A stretch of 64,000 bases of DNA from an uncultured Verrucomicrobiota bacterium (GTDB taxonomy: Bacteria; Verrucomicrobiota; Verrucomicrobiia; Limisphaerales; JADLHS01). Each line of letters starts with the position of its first letter. Position 1 is the first letter of the stretch. The notes under the pieces are model-generated. The model was not told the origin of the DNA. It ran no database searches and saw nothing but the letters and a program-made list of their open reading frames with translations. Position numbers and translations under genes: made by a program. Below are positions 50,232-58,503 of the stretch, in pieces. The stretch is taken from positions 1,021-65,020 of the forward strand of contig CALAYC010000215.1 of assembly GCA_937894935.1 (NCBI GenBank), given 5' to 3'.

Positions 50232-51610
50232 TGGCTCAGAAGCACAAATGGCTCTGGATTCTCTGGAGCGTCGTAACTTTGGCAATGAGTGGCATGGCAA
50301 CCTATATCCTGACGGGGTCGGACCGGCGTTTTCTTTTGCCGGGTGAAACCACCAGCGGCCATTACCAGATTGAACTCGCCTGCAGCGCGTGTCACACACC
50401 ATGGCTCGGGGTCAAAGAAGACGCGTGTTACAAATGTCACGAAGCGGAGTTGAAAGCCGCGAACGATTCGCATCCGAAAAGCAAATTTATCGATCCGCGA
50501 AATGCCGATCGCTTGCAACTCATCAAAGCGGACAACTGCGTTGCGTGTCATCGCGAACATGTGCCGCATCAGACGGGGGCGATGGGCGTGACGGTGCCGA
50601 TTGATTATTGCGCGCATTGTCATCAACAAACGCTGACTGATCGACCGAGTCACAAGAATTTCAAATTCGATTCCTGCGCCACGGCGGGCTGCCACAACTA
50701 TCACGACAACTCGGCGCTTTATGAAAATTTTCTGCTCAAACATGCCCAAGAGCCGGCGGTGAAAGATTCGGGGACGGTGGCGCAACGACAATTGCTCGCG
50801 TTCCTGACGGCCGATGGCGTGATGAAACCGCGTCCCGCGCTCACGGCGGAACAACAGGACGCGCCTGCCAATGTGACTGCGAACGCGAAGGTGAAAGAGG
50901 ATTGGTTGACGACCGCCCACGCCAAGGCGGGCGTGAATTGCACCGATTGTCACAACATCGAGGATGCGGCGACGCGTGAGAAACGTTGGTCGGATAAGCT
51001 GGCTCCCAATGCCTGCACGCGGTGTCACAAGGAAGAGGTGAACGGTTTTCTCGCCGGAAAACACGGGATGCGGCTCGCGTTGGACCTGCCGCCGATGACT
51101 CCGGCGCAGTCACGACTGCCGATGAAAGCGGACGCGGCGCATCACGAGTTGGGTTGTGTGAGTTGTCATGGCGCGCATGAATTCAACACGCGCACGGCGG
51201 CGGTTGACGCGTGTCTTTCCTGTCACAACGACGAACACAGTCTGGCCTACAAAGACTCCAAACATTTTGCGCTTTGGTTCAACGAAACGACGGGTGAAGC
51301 GCCAGCGGGCAGCGGAGTGAGTTGCGCCACCTGTCATCTGCCGCGCGAGAAAATTGAAAACGCGGGCCATGTCATGGTGCGCGTGCAGCACAATCAGAAT
51401 GCGAATTTGCGTCCCAACGAAAAAATGATCCGCAGCGTCTGTATGGGTTGCCACGGGCTGGAATTCAGTCTCGATGCGCTCGCAGATCCGGCGTTGATCT
51501 GCACCAATTTCATCGGTCGCCCCGCCCGGCATGTCGAGAGCATTGACCTGGCGGTAAAGCGACAGATGGAAATTCAAAAACAAAAATCCAAACCCCGTAC
51601 TGAAAAATGA
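50231..51610 (+). CDS. Membrane-anchored multihaem cytochrome c (10 CXXCH plus 1 CX4CH)
   Basis: 459 aa with an N-terminal TM (WLWILWSVVTLAMSGMATYIL). Motifs are CSACH, CYKCH, CVACH, CAHCH, CATAGCH, CTDCH, CTRCH, CVSCH, CLSCH, CATCH and CMGCH. It has a TGATG overlap with the upstream gene. Confidence 0.85.
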   Translation: MAQKHKWLWILWSVVTLAMSGMATYILTGSDRRFLLPGETTSGHYQIELACSACHTPWLGVKEDACYKCHEAELKAANDSHPKSKFIDPRNADRLQLIKADNCVACHREHVPHQTGAMGVTVPIDYCAHCHQQTLTDRPSHKNFKFDSCATAGCHNYHDNSALYENFLLKHAQEPAVKDSGTVAQRQLLAFLTADGVMKPRPALTAEQQDAPANVTANAKVKEDWLTTAHAKAGVNCTDCHNIEDAATREKRWSDKLAPNACTRCHKEEVNGFLAGKHGMRLALDLPPMTPAQSRLPMKADAAHHELGCVSCHGAHEFNTRTAAVDACLSCHNDEHSLAYKDSKHFALWFNETTGEAPAGSGVSCATCHLPREKIENAGHVMVRVQHNQNANLRPNEKMIRSVCMGCHGLEFSLDALADPALICTNFIGRPARHVESIDLAVKRQMEIQKQKSKPRTEK

Positions 51611-52209
51611 AAGCGAAACCCCTGAAACCTCTTCTACTCGTCGGCACATTGATGGCGACGATTGTCAGCGCCACTGTTCTGACCGGCTGTAATAAAGCGG
51701 AAGCTGCTAAAGCGTCCGGATTCACGCCGCAACAGATGGCGGACAATCTGTTCATCGTGATGTCGTCCGATCGTGCGGTTTATACCAAACAGGTGGTCAA
51801 TCGTTTGCAGAACGACGAAAAAATCATCAAGGCCACTGAGCACTGGAAAGACGAGAAAACCTTGCCGTTGCCGGCCCAGATGTTCCGGATGGGCGCGGAA
51901 ACGGTCGCAGAAAAGAAACCTGGATTCAGCTACGCGTTGTTGTCGCTCTGGCCCATCAACAAACAAAACGAACCGAAAACCGAAGCTGAGAAGAAGGGAT
52001 TGCAGTTTGTCGCGGACAGCAAAGGGGCGACGAATTTTTACGCGGAGGAAGTTCTCGGCGGGAAAAAATATTTCACAGCGGTTTATGCAGACGTCGCGGT
52101 TTCTCCCGCGTGCGTGAAGTGCCACAACGATCACGATGACTCGCCGAAAACGGATTTCGAGTTAAACGACGTGATGGGCGGCGTGGTTATCCGTTTGCCG
52201 TTGGATTGA
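51607..52209 (+). CDS. DUF3365 (Tll0287-like) haem-c lipoprotein
   Basis: It has a lipobox VLTGC and a C-terminal ACVKCHNDHDDSPKTDFELNDVMGGVVIRLPL, which is characteristic of DUF3365. It has an ATGA overlap with the cytochrome gene. Confidence 0.75.
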   Translation: MKAKPLKPLLLVGTLMATIVSATVLTGCNKAEAAKASGFTPQQMADNLFIVMSSDRAVYTKQVVNRLQNDEKIIKATEHWKDEKTLPLPAQMFRMGAETVAEKKPGFSYALLSLWPINKQNEPKTEAEKKGLQFVADSKGATNFYAEEVLGGKKYFTAVYADVAVSPACVKCHNDHDDSPKTDFELNDVMGGVVIRLPLD

Positions 52210-52245
52210 TTCAAGTCAAAGCAAGCAACTCAGAAAGGAAATAAC

Positions 52246-52662
52246 ATGACGCCACAACAAGTGACTCTTGTACAGACCAGTTGGGAAAAATGCGTGCCGA
52301 TTGCGGATCAGGCGGCGGCGCTCTTTTACGGCAAATTGTTTGAACTCGATCCCGAACTGAAACCGCTTTTCAAAACGGATTTGAAAGAGCAGGGTAAAAA
52401 ATTGATGACCATGATCACCATGGTGGTGCGCGGGTTGAACGATCTCGGTCGGCTCGTGCCCGCGGTCGAAGATCTCGGTCGCCGCCATGTGGGTTACGGG
52501 GTGAAGGACGCGCATTATGCGACAGTCGGTACCGCGTTGCTCTGGACTTTGGAGCAGGGACTGGGACCGGAATTTACGCCGGAAGTCAAAGAAGCCTGGA
52601 GTACCGCTTACGGCGTTTTGGCGACGACGATGCAAAAGGCTGCCGCCACAACTCCCGCTTGA
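52246..52662 (+). CDS. Single-domain (3-on-3) bacterial globin
   Basis: 138 aa with no signal peptide. VQTSWEKCVPIADQAAALFYGKLFELDPELKPLF...LGRRHVGYGVKDAHYATVGTALLWTLE contains the proximal-His region HVGYGV. Confidence 0.8.
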   Translation: MTPQQVTLVQTSWEKCVPIADQAAALFYGKLFELDPELKPLFKTDLKEQGKKLMTMITMVVRGLNDLGRLVPAVEDLGRRHVGYGVKDAHYATVGTALLWTLEQGLGPEFTPEVKEAWSTAYGVLATTMQKAAATTPA

Positions 52663-52702
52663 AGTCTCTTTCTTAACTGCAAACGAACGAATCCCATACC
52701 GA

Positions 52703-54043
52703 ATGAAAATTAAAACTCACCACTGGAGACTTCTTACCGGCAGCGCGCTCGTACTCGCTGCGACTGCGTCCGTTTATGCGCAGGACAAATCGATGATCAC
52801 CGACACGAACGGTTGTCCAATGACGACGTTTTTCACTGACAAAATCCCGGACGTGATCGCGAAAGGGAAATTCTCGCTGAACGTGCGAGCGCGTTACGAG
52901 AACGTCGATCAGGAAGGTGGCACGCCGCCCGCGCACGCGGAAACGATTCGCACGCGCTTCGGTTACACGACCGCGCCGCTTTACGGTTTTCAGGCGATGA
53001 TTGAAGGCGAAAACGTCACCGCCGCCAACAAGGACACTTACGCGGCGGGCGCGGGATCGCCCGTGCCGCGCGATGTTATCGCTGATCCGACGGTAACCGA
53101 GATGAATCAGGCGTGGCTCAGCTACACTTACAGCGCGAGCAACTTTATGGCATCGGTCAAGGGCGGACGACAGGTTTTTGTGTTGGATAATCACCGGTTC
53201 ATCGGTCACGTCGGTTGGCGACAGAATCAGCAGACGTTCGACGCCGTGGCGACGAAAGTGACGCCGCTCAAAGGGATCGATTTGAATTATGCCTATCTGT
53301 GGAAGGTACATCGTATTTTTGGCGACGACACGTCACTCGGAGCCGGCACGAGCGATTTCAATTCCGCTTCGCATGTGTTCAACGGCAGTTACACAGTGTC
53401 GCCGTTGCTCAAAGTCACGGGCTATGCGTACGTGCTCGATTTGAAAAACGAGCGTCCGCTGGCCGGCGTGGCGAATAATTCCTGCGCGACCTATGGCGGT
53501 TTTCTCACGGGCACATGGACGTTCGATCAAGAACACAAAGGCACGCTGAGTTATCGCGGCGAATTCGCGTGGCAGACGGATTACGCAGACAGCACGTTGG
53601 ATTACGAAACGGAGTATTACCTCGGTGAACTCAAAGCTACGTATGACCGATTCACCGTGAGCGCGGGATACGAAGTGTTGGGCAGCGACGAAAACGGCGG
53701 GGCAGGCGGTGGCGTAACTTCGTTCCGGACGCCGCTGGCGACACTGCACGCGTTCAATGGTTGGGCAGACGTCTTTTTGACCACGCCGGCTGCGGGGCTG
53801 AAGGACTTTTATGCGTCGGCAGGAGTGACGTTGCCGGGGAACATTCCGGTGAATTTCGTTTACCACAAATTCGATTCGGAAACCGGCAATACCGACTTCG
53901 GTCACGAATACGACCTGGTCGTGTCGCGTAAGTTCGGCAAGAACTGGACTGTGCTCGCCAAATACGCGAAGTACGACGGGAAAGACGCGCCGTTCGCTTT
54001 CGACAAAGAAGTGTTCTGGGCGGAAATCGAGTTCAACTTTTAG
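52703..54043 (+). CDS. Outer-membrane beta-barrel porin (alginate-export/AlgE-like family, tentative)
   Basis: It has a signal peptide (LVLAATASVYAQ), alternating beta-strand pattern, HRFIGHVGWRQNQQTFDAV and a terminal aromatic (...EIEFNF). Confidence 0.6.
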   Translation: MKIKTHHWRLLTGSALVLAATASVYAQDKSMITDTNGCPMTTFFTDKIPDVIAKGKFSLNVRARYENVDQEGGTPPAHAETIRTRFGYTTAPLYGFQAMIEGENVTAANKDTYAAGAGSPVPRDVIADPTVTEMNQAWLSYTYSASNFMASVKGGRQVFVLDNHRFIGHVGWRQNQQTFDAVATKVTPLKGIDLNYAYLWKVHRIFGDDTSLGAGTSDFNSASHVFNGSYTVSPLLKVTGYAYVLDLKNERPLAGVANNSCATYGGFLTGTWTFDQEHKGTLSYRGEFAWQTDYADSTLDYETEYYLGELKATYDRFTVSAGYEVLGSDENGGAGGGVTSFRTPLATLHAFNGWADVFLTTPAAGLKDFYASAGVTLPGNIPVNFVYHKFDSETGNTDFGHEYDLVVSRKFGKNWTVLAKYAKYDGKDAPFAFDKEVFWAEIEFNF

Positions 54044-54072
54044 TCGCTGTTTCTCGGGTTCGATGTGACAAG

Positions 54073-54105
54073 TGCGCTGGTCAAACGGCCAGCGCACCTT
54101 TTTTG
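54073..54105 (+). terminator. Rho-independent terminator after the porin gene
   Basis: A perfect 9-bp stem gtgcgctgg / ccagcgcac is followed by cttttttg. Confidence 0.75.
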
Positions 54106-54385
54106 AAAGCAACCGCAACGCTTTGCTGACTCCGCAACTTTGGTCGCGATGGACAATTTTCGCCAAGTCAGGAGGGAGACGTTTCAAAACGCCAACTTTG
54201 CGAGTGATCGCAATTCTTCTCAATTCCCTTGGTTTGCTTGAGAAAACACCACAAACGCAGGCGTTTTGAGTCACTCGCCCGGCTCATGGTAAACATGAGA
54301 ACTATTCAGTTGGTTCATGGGTTGGTGGCATCGGCGGCGCTCAAATGAATCGCGGGAAACTCCAGCGGGTTTTCCGCCGAACCAA

Positions 54386-56044
54386 ATGACATCCGCTCCT
54401 GACAACGCTCCGCGCAACCGGCCTCCCGCCGAATCGGCGCGTACGTTGATTGATGAACTGTTGGCGGAGCAGCAACGGCTCACGGCGGTGGAGCGGTTTT
54501 CCCGTTTGCATGAAACCAACGGGCTTCCGGCGCAGGCGCGTTACTACCGCGATTTAATTCCGCAGACCAAACCGCAGCCCGGGCAGCAATACGCATTCGA
54601 AGTGGATCTCGATCGATGCAGTGGCTGCAAGGCGTGCGTCACGGCGTGTCATTCGCTCAATGGACTCGAAGAAACGGAAACGTGGCGCAACGTGGGATTA
54701 TTGATCAGCGACGATTGGCGCGCGCCGCAACAGCAGACGATTACCACCGCGTGTCATCACTGCGTCGAACCGGGTTGTCTCGAAGGTTGTCCGGTGTTGG
54801 CTTACGACAAAGACCCGGTCACCGGCATCGTGCGGCATCTCGATGATCAATGCATCGGTTGCCAATACTGCGTGATGAAGTGTCCGTACGAAGTGCCGCA
54901 GTATTCGAAACGGCTCGGCATTGTGCGCAAATGCGACATGTGCGCAAATCGCCTCGCGGTCGGTGAAGCACCGGCTTGTGTGCAGGCCTGTCCGCATGAA
55001 GCGATCAAAATTACGTTAGTCGAAACGGCTGCGGTCCGGGAACGCTATCGCGCGACTCAAGATTGCGGAGAAATCAAGGAGAAGGAAAGAGCGCGGAACA
55101 ATCATTCCGCGAATCCGTTTTTGCCCGCGTCGCCGTCACCGCAGATTACGCTGCCGACCACGCGTTACAAATCCACTCGACCGCTGCCATCGACCTTGCT
55201 CGCGGGTGATCACGCGCATGTTGCTCCGGCGACATCGCATTTGCCGTTGGTGTTCATGTTGGTGCTGACGCAATTGGCGGTTGGCGTGAGCCTCGCGACG
55301 TTGTTTGCGTCGCTATCGCAATGGTTGGCCGTTACTGCTGCAATCGTCAGTGCCGTTGCATTGGGCATTGCTTCTTTGCATTTGGGCAAGCCGTTGAAAG
55401 CGTGGCGCGCCTTTCTTGGTTGGCGCACGTCATGGTTCAGTCGCGAAGTTATCGCCTTCGGTGCTTATGTGCCGCTGGCGATGTTGACGGCGGTAACTTT
55501 CTTTGTTGCACCGCTGACTTCGTTGCAAAAGCCACTGATGCTGCTGACCGTCGCAACGGGATTGGTTGGCGTTGCATGTTCGGCGATGATTTATGTGGAT
55601 ACGCGTCGGGAATTCTGGTGCGGATCGCAAAGCTTCGGAAAATTCTTTGGCACGACATTGCTCCTCGGTGCGGCGACAGCGTTGTTAGTCACAGATTCGA
55701 CAAGTTCGATACCGGTTGTGCTGCTGTTTTTTACCACGGCTGCAAAGTTGGGACTGGAACATCGCATTTTCCGGCATCTGGTGGATAAAGACACGTTGAC
55801 GTTGTCGCCATTGAACAAAACCGCACGGCTGCTAACAGATGAACTTGGACTGGCGTCGCGGAGTCGCATCTTCTGCGGAATGCTGGGCGGACTGATTCTG
55901 CCGTTGGGGCTGGTGATGTCGGAGCCGAATCGCGTGTTGGCGATCGTGGTGTTCGGGCTGTGTCTCGTGGGGGAATTGCTGGAGCGCTATCTGTTTTTCA
56001 CGGCAGTTGCGCCCGCCAAAATGCCGGGAGGTTTTGTCGCATGA
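54386..56044 (+). CDS. Fusion of a DmsB/NrfC-type four-cluster FeS protein with a DmsC-like 8-TM membrane anchor; no TAT signal
   Basis: It has four Cys groups ([44 protein letters not shown]...CVQACP). Eight hydrophobic helices follow, with a DmsC-like [14 protein letters not shown]. The start is uncertain (54317 or 54386). Confidence 0.75.
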   Translation: MTSAPDNAPRNRPPAESARTLIDELLAEQQRLTAVERFSRLHETNGLPAQARYYRDLIPQTKPQPGQQYAFEVDLDRCSGCKACVTACHSLNGLEETETWRNVGLLISDDWRAPQQQTITTACHHCVEPGCLEGCPVLAYDKDPVTGIVRHLDDQCIGCQYCVMKCPYEVPQYSKRLGIVRKCDMCANRLAVGEAPACVQACPHEAIKITLVETAAVRERYRATQDCGEIKEKERARNNHSANPFLPASPSPQITLPTTRYKSTRPLPSTLLAGDHAHVAPATSHLPLVFMLVLTQLAVGVSLATLFASLSQWLAVTAAIVSAVALGIASLHLGKPLKAWRAFLGWRTSWFSREVIAFGAYVPLAMLTAVTFFVAPLTSLQKPLMLLTVATGLVGVACSAMIYVDTRREFWCGSQSFGKFFGTTLLLGAATALLVTDSTSSIPVVLLFFTTAAKLGLEHRIFRHLVDKDTLTLSPLNKTARLLTDELGLASRSRIFCGMLGGLILPLGLVMSEPNRVLAIVVFGLCLVGELLERYLFFTAVAPAKMPGGFVA

Positions 56045-58503
56045 ACGCGGAACAAGAAAATTCTCTGCTGCGGCAATGGAACGGCGCGTTGACGCAAAAA
56101 CTTGGGTTGCGGCCCGGAGATTTTGGCCTCGGTCATGTTCCCGCGCGACTCAAACCGGACAGCACGACGACTTCGGTCTGCGGTTTTTGTTCAACCGGTT
56201 GCGGGTTGAACGTTCATCTCAAAGACGGCCAGGCAGTGAATCTCAGCGCGGCGACGCATTATCCGGTCAATCTCGGTATGGCGTGTCCGAAAGGTTGGGA
56301 AGCGCTGAGTTGTCTTTCCGCGTCTGACCGCGCCACCACGCCGCTCTTGCGCAATCCGAAAACCGGTGAGCTTGAACCGACGGATTGGGATCAAGCGATG
56401 CAGGTGTTCACGCTGAAGTTCAAAGCGATCATGGATAAGCATGGGCCGGAGAGCGTGGCGTTTCTCAGCACCGGCCAGATTTGCACGGAGGAACTCGCGT
56501 TGCTCGGCTGTCTGTGGAAATTCGGCATGGGCGCGTTGCATTGCGATTCCAACACGCGCCAGTGCATGGCCACTGCGCATGTTGCTTACAAACAGAGTTT
56601 CGGTTTCGACGCGCCGCCGTTCACTTATGCGGATTTTGAGTTGAGCGATACGCTGGTGTTCATCGGTGCGAATCCATGCATCGCGCATCCCATCATGTGG
56701 CAGCGCGTGCTGCGAAATAAAAATCAGCCAAACATTATCGTCGTCGATCCGCGTCGCACGGAGACGGCGATGAACGCCACACAACATCTTGCGCTCGCAC
56801 CAAAATCCGATCTTACGTTGCTCTACGGGCTCGCGAATTTACTGGTGCAAAACGGTTGGGTGGATCGCGAGTTCATCGCGCGCAGTACGACGGGATATGC
56901 AGAGTTCGCGGAATTTGTACGGCAGTTCACGCCGGACAAAGTTGCGGCGGAAACGGGTTTGACCGTCGGAGAAATTTATCGTTGTGCGGAAACGATTCAT
57001 CGCGGCAAGGCGGTTTCGTTCTGGTGGACGATGGGCGTGAATCAAGGTCACGAAAGCACACGCACTGCACAGGCGATTATCAATCTCGCGTTGATGACGG
57101 GGAACATCGGCAAACCCGGAACAGGAGCGAACAGTATCACGGGGCAATGCAATGCGATGGGTTCGCGGCTCTACGCAAACGTGACGAGCCTGATTGGCGG
57201 ACGTGACTTTGCGAAGGTGGAACATCGTGAGCAGGTCGCGCGATTGCTGAAGATTCCGGTGGAACGAATCCCGAAAAAATCGTCGTGGGCGTATGATCAG
57301 ATTGTTGAAGGTATTCGCAGCGGAACGATTAAGGGACTGTGGGTGATTGCGACGAATCCAGCGCATTCGTGGGGCGCGCGGCTTGAAAAGAAAAACGGTG
57401 TGACATCCGCCCTCACCCCCGAGGAGAGGGAGAAACGCTCCCCGTCTTACGAGAATGCGAGCGCGGTCAGCGGCTCGCAGGTTAAACGCGAATTCAAGAA
57501 TGCTCAACTGCTATCCCCTCTCCCCGGGGGTGAGGGTGAGCGTGACAATGATTCATTCGACGCCATTCTCGACAAACTGGAATTCCTCGTCGTGCAGGAC
57601 ATGTTCACAACCACGGACACGGCTCAACGCGCGCATCTCATGTTGCCGGCGGCCGGTTGGGGCGAGAAGGAAGGCACGTTCATCAACAGCGAGCGCCGTA
57701 TCGGTTTGACGAAAAAAGTTTCTCGCGCGCCGGGGCAGGCGTTGAGCGATTTCAATATTTTCAAACTCATCGCGCACTATTGGGGCTGTGGCGAATTATT
57801 CCGCGAATGGACTTCGCCCGAAGCAGCGTTTCAGATCATCAAGCGACTCTCAGCCGGACAGCCTTGCGACATCACGGGGATCGTGGATTACAAACATCTC
57901 GATGAGTGCGGCGGAATTCAATGGCCGTTACCGCAATCTGACGGAGTACGGCTGTGGTCGCAGCCTCAGCCGCAGCACGATGAAACGAATAGAAGCGTAC
58001 GAAATAATGAGAGTGCTGCGGCTGGTGCTTCGCACACAGTCGCGTTCGATGAGAGGAGATTGTTCGTCGATGGCAAATTTTATACGCCCGATGGTAAGGC
58101 GAGATTTTTGTTCGATACGCCGCGACCCGTTGCCGAGCCGACGACGGAAGAGTTTCCGTTCGTGATGTTGACGGGGCGCGGCACGAGTGCGCAATGGCAC
58201 ACGAATACGCGCACCGGGAAGTCAGCCGTATTGCGCACACTGTATCCCGCGAATCCGTACGTGGAAATCAATCCTGCCGATCTCGCGCGACTCGGCTTAG
58301 TGGCGAATCGTCCCGTGGCTGTGGTATCGCGTCGCGCGCGAATTGAATGCGCGGCAGTGGCGTCGCCAAGTGTTCAGCCCGGGCACGTGTTTATTCCGAT
58401 GCACTACGACGTGACGAATCAATTGACCCGCGCCGAATACGATCCGCATTCGCGTCAGCCGAGTTACAAATACTGCGCCGTGCGGCTGGAGAAGATTTCA
58501 TGA
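56041..58503 (+). CDS. nasA: Molybdopterin (bis-MGD) oxidoreductase of the assimilatory nitrate reductase NasA/NarB type, with two in-frame repeat insertions
   Basis: It has an ATGA overlap with the FeS/anchor gene. It has an N-terminal [4Fe-4S] motif CGFCSTGCG...ACPKG and no twin-arginine leader. The C-terminus [20 protein letters not shown] is typical of Nas/NarB. Confidence 0.8.
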   Translation: MNAEQENSLLRQWNGALTQKLGLRPGDFGLGHVPARLKPDSTTTSVCGFCSTGCGLNVHLKDGQAVNLSAATHYPVNLGMACPKGWEALSCLSASDRATTPLLRNPKTGELEPTDWDQAMQVFTLKFKAIMDKHGPESVAFLSTGQICTEELALLGCLWKFGMGALHCDSNTRQCMATAHVAYKQSFGFDAPPFTYADFELSDTLVFIGANPCIAHPIMWQRVLRNKNQPNIIVVDPRRTETAMNATQHLALAPKSDLTLLYGLANLLVQNGWVDREFIARSTTGYAEFAEFVRQFTPDKVAAETGLTVGEIYRCAETIHRGKAVSFWWTMGVNQGHESTRTAQAIINLALMTGNIGKPGTGANSITGQCNAMGSRLYANVTSLIGGRDFAKVEHREQVARLLKIPVERIPKKSSWAYDQIVEGIRSGTIKGLWVIATNPAHSWGARLEKKNGVTSALTPEEREKRSPSYENASAVSGSQVKREFKNAQLLSPLPGGEGERDNDSFDAILDKLEFLVVQDMFTTTDTAQRAHLMLPAAGWGEKEGTFINSERRIGLTKKVSRAPGQALSDFNIFKLIAHYWGCGELFREWTSPEAAFQIIKRLSAGQPCDITGIVDYKHLDECGGIQWPLPQSDGVRLWSQPQPQHDETNRSVRNNESAAAGASHTVAFDERRLFVDGKFYTPDGKARFLFDTPRPVAEPTTEEFPFVMLTGRGTSAQWHTNTRTGKSAVLRTLYPANPYVEINPADLARLGLVANRPVAVVSRRARIECAAVASPSVQPGHVFIPMHYDVTNQLTRAEYDPHSRQPSYKYCAVRLEKIS
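57409..57545. repeat. Family A palindromic element inserted in frame in nasA
   Basis: The arm ccctcacccccgaggagaggg (57410-57430) is the reverse complement (20/21) of ccctctccccgggggtgaggg (about 57515-57535). It encodes [12 protein letters not shown]...[12 protein letters not shown], and SPL..GGEG is shared with the miaA copy. Confidence 0.6.
57952..58039. repeat. Family B palindromic element inserted in frame in nasA
   Basis: ctgtggtcgcagcctcagccgcagcac (57952-57978) pairs with gtgctgcggctggtgcttcgcacacag (58013-58039) at 22/27 positions. The right arm is near-identical to intergenic 7033-7059. Confidence 0.55.

Noticed and set aside
54106-54385. Molybdenum-cofactor riboswitch or ANTAR dual-hairpin leader upstream of the FeS-anchor/nasA genes.
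   Set aside because: I saw no recognisable conserved cores or paired hexaloop hairpins. A covariance-model scan is needed before any claim.
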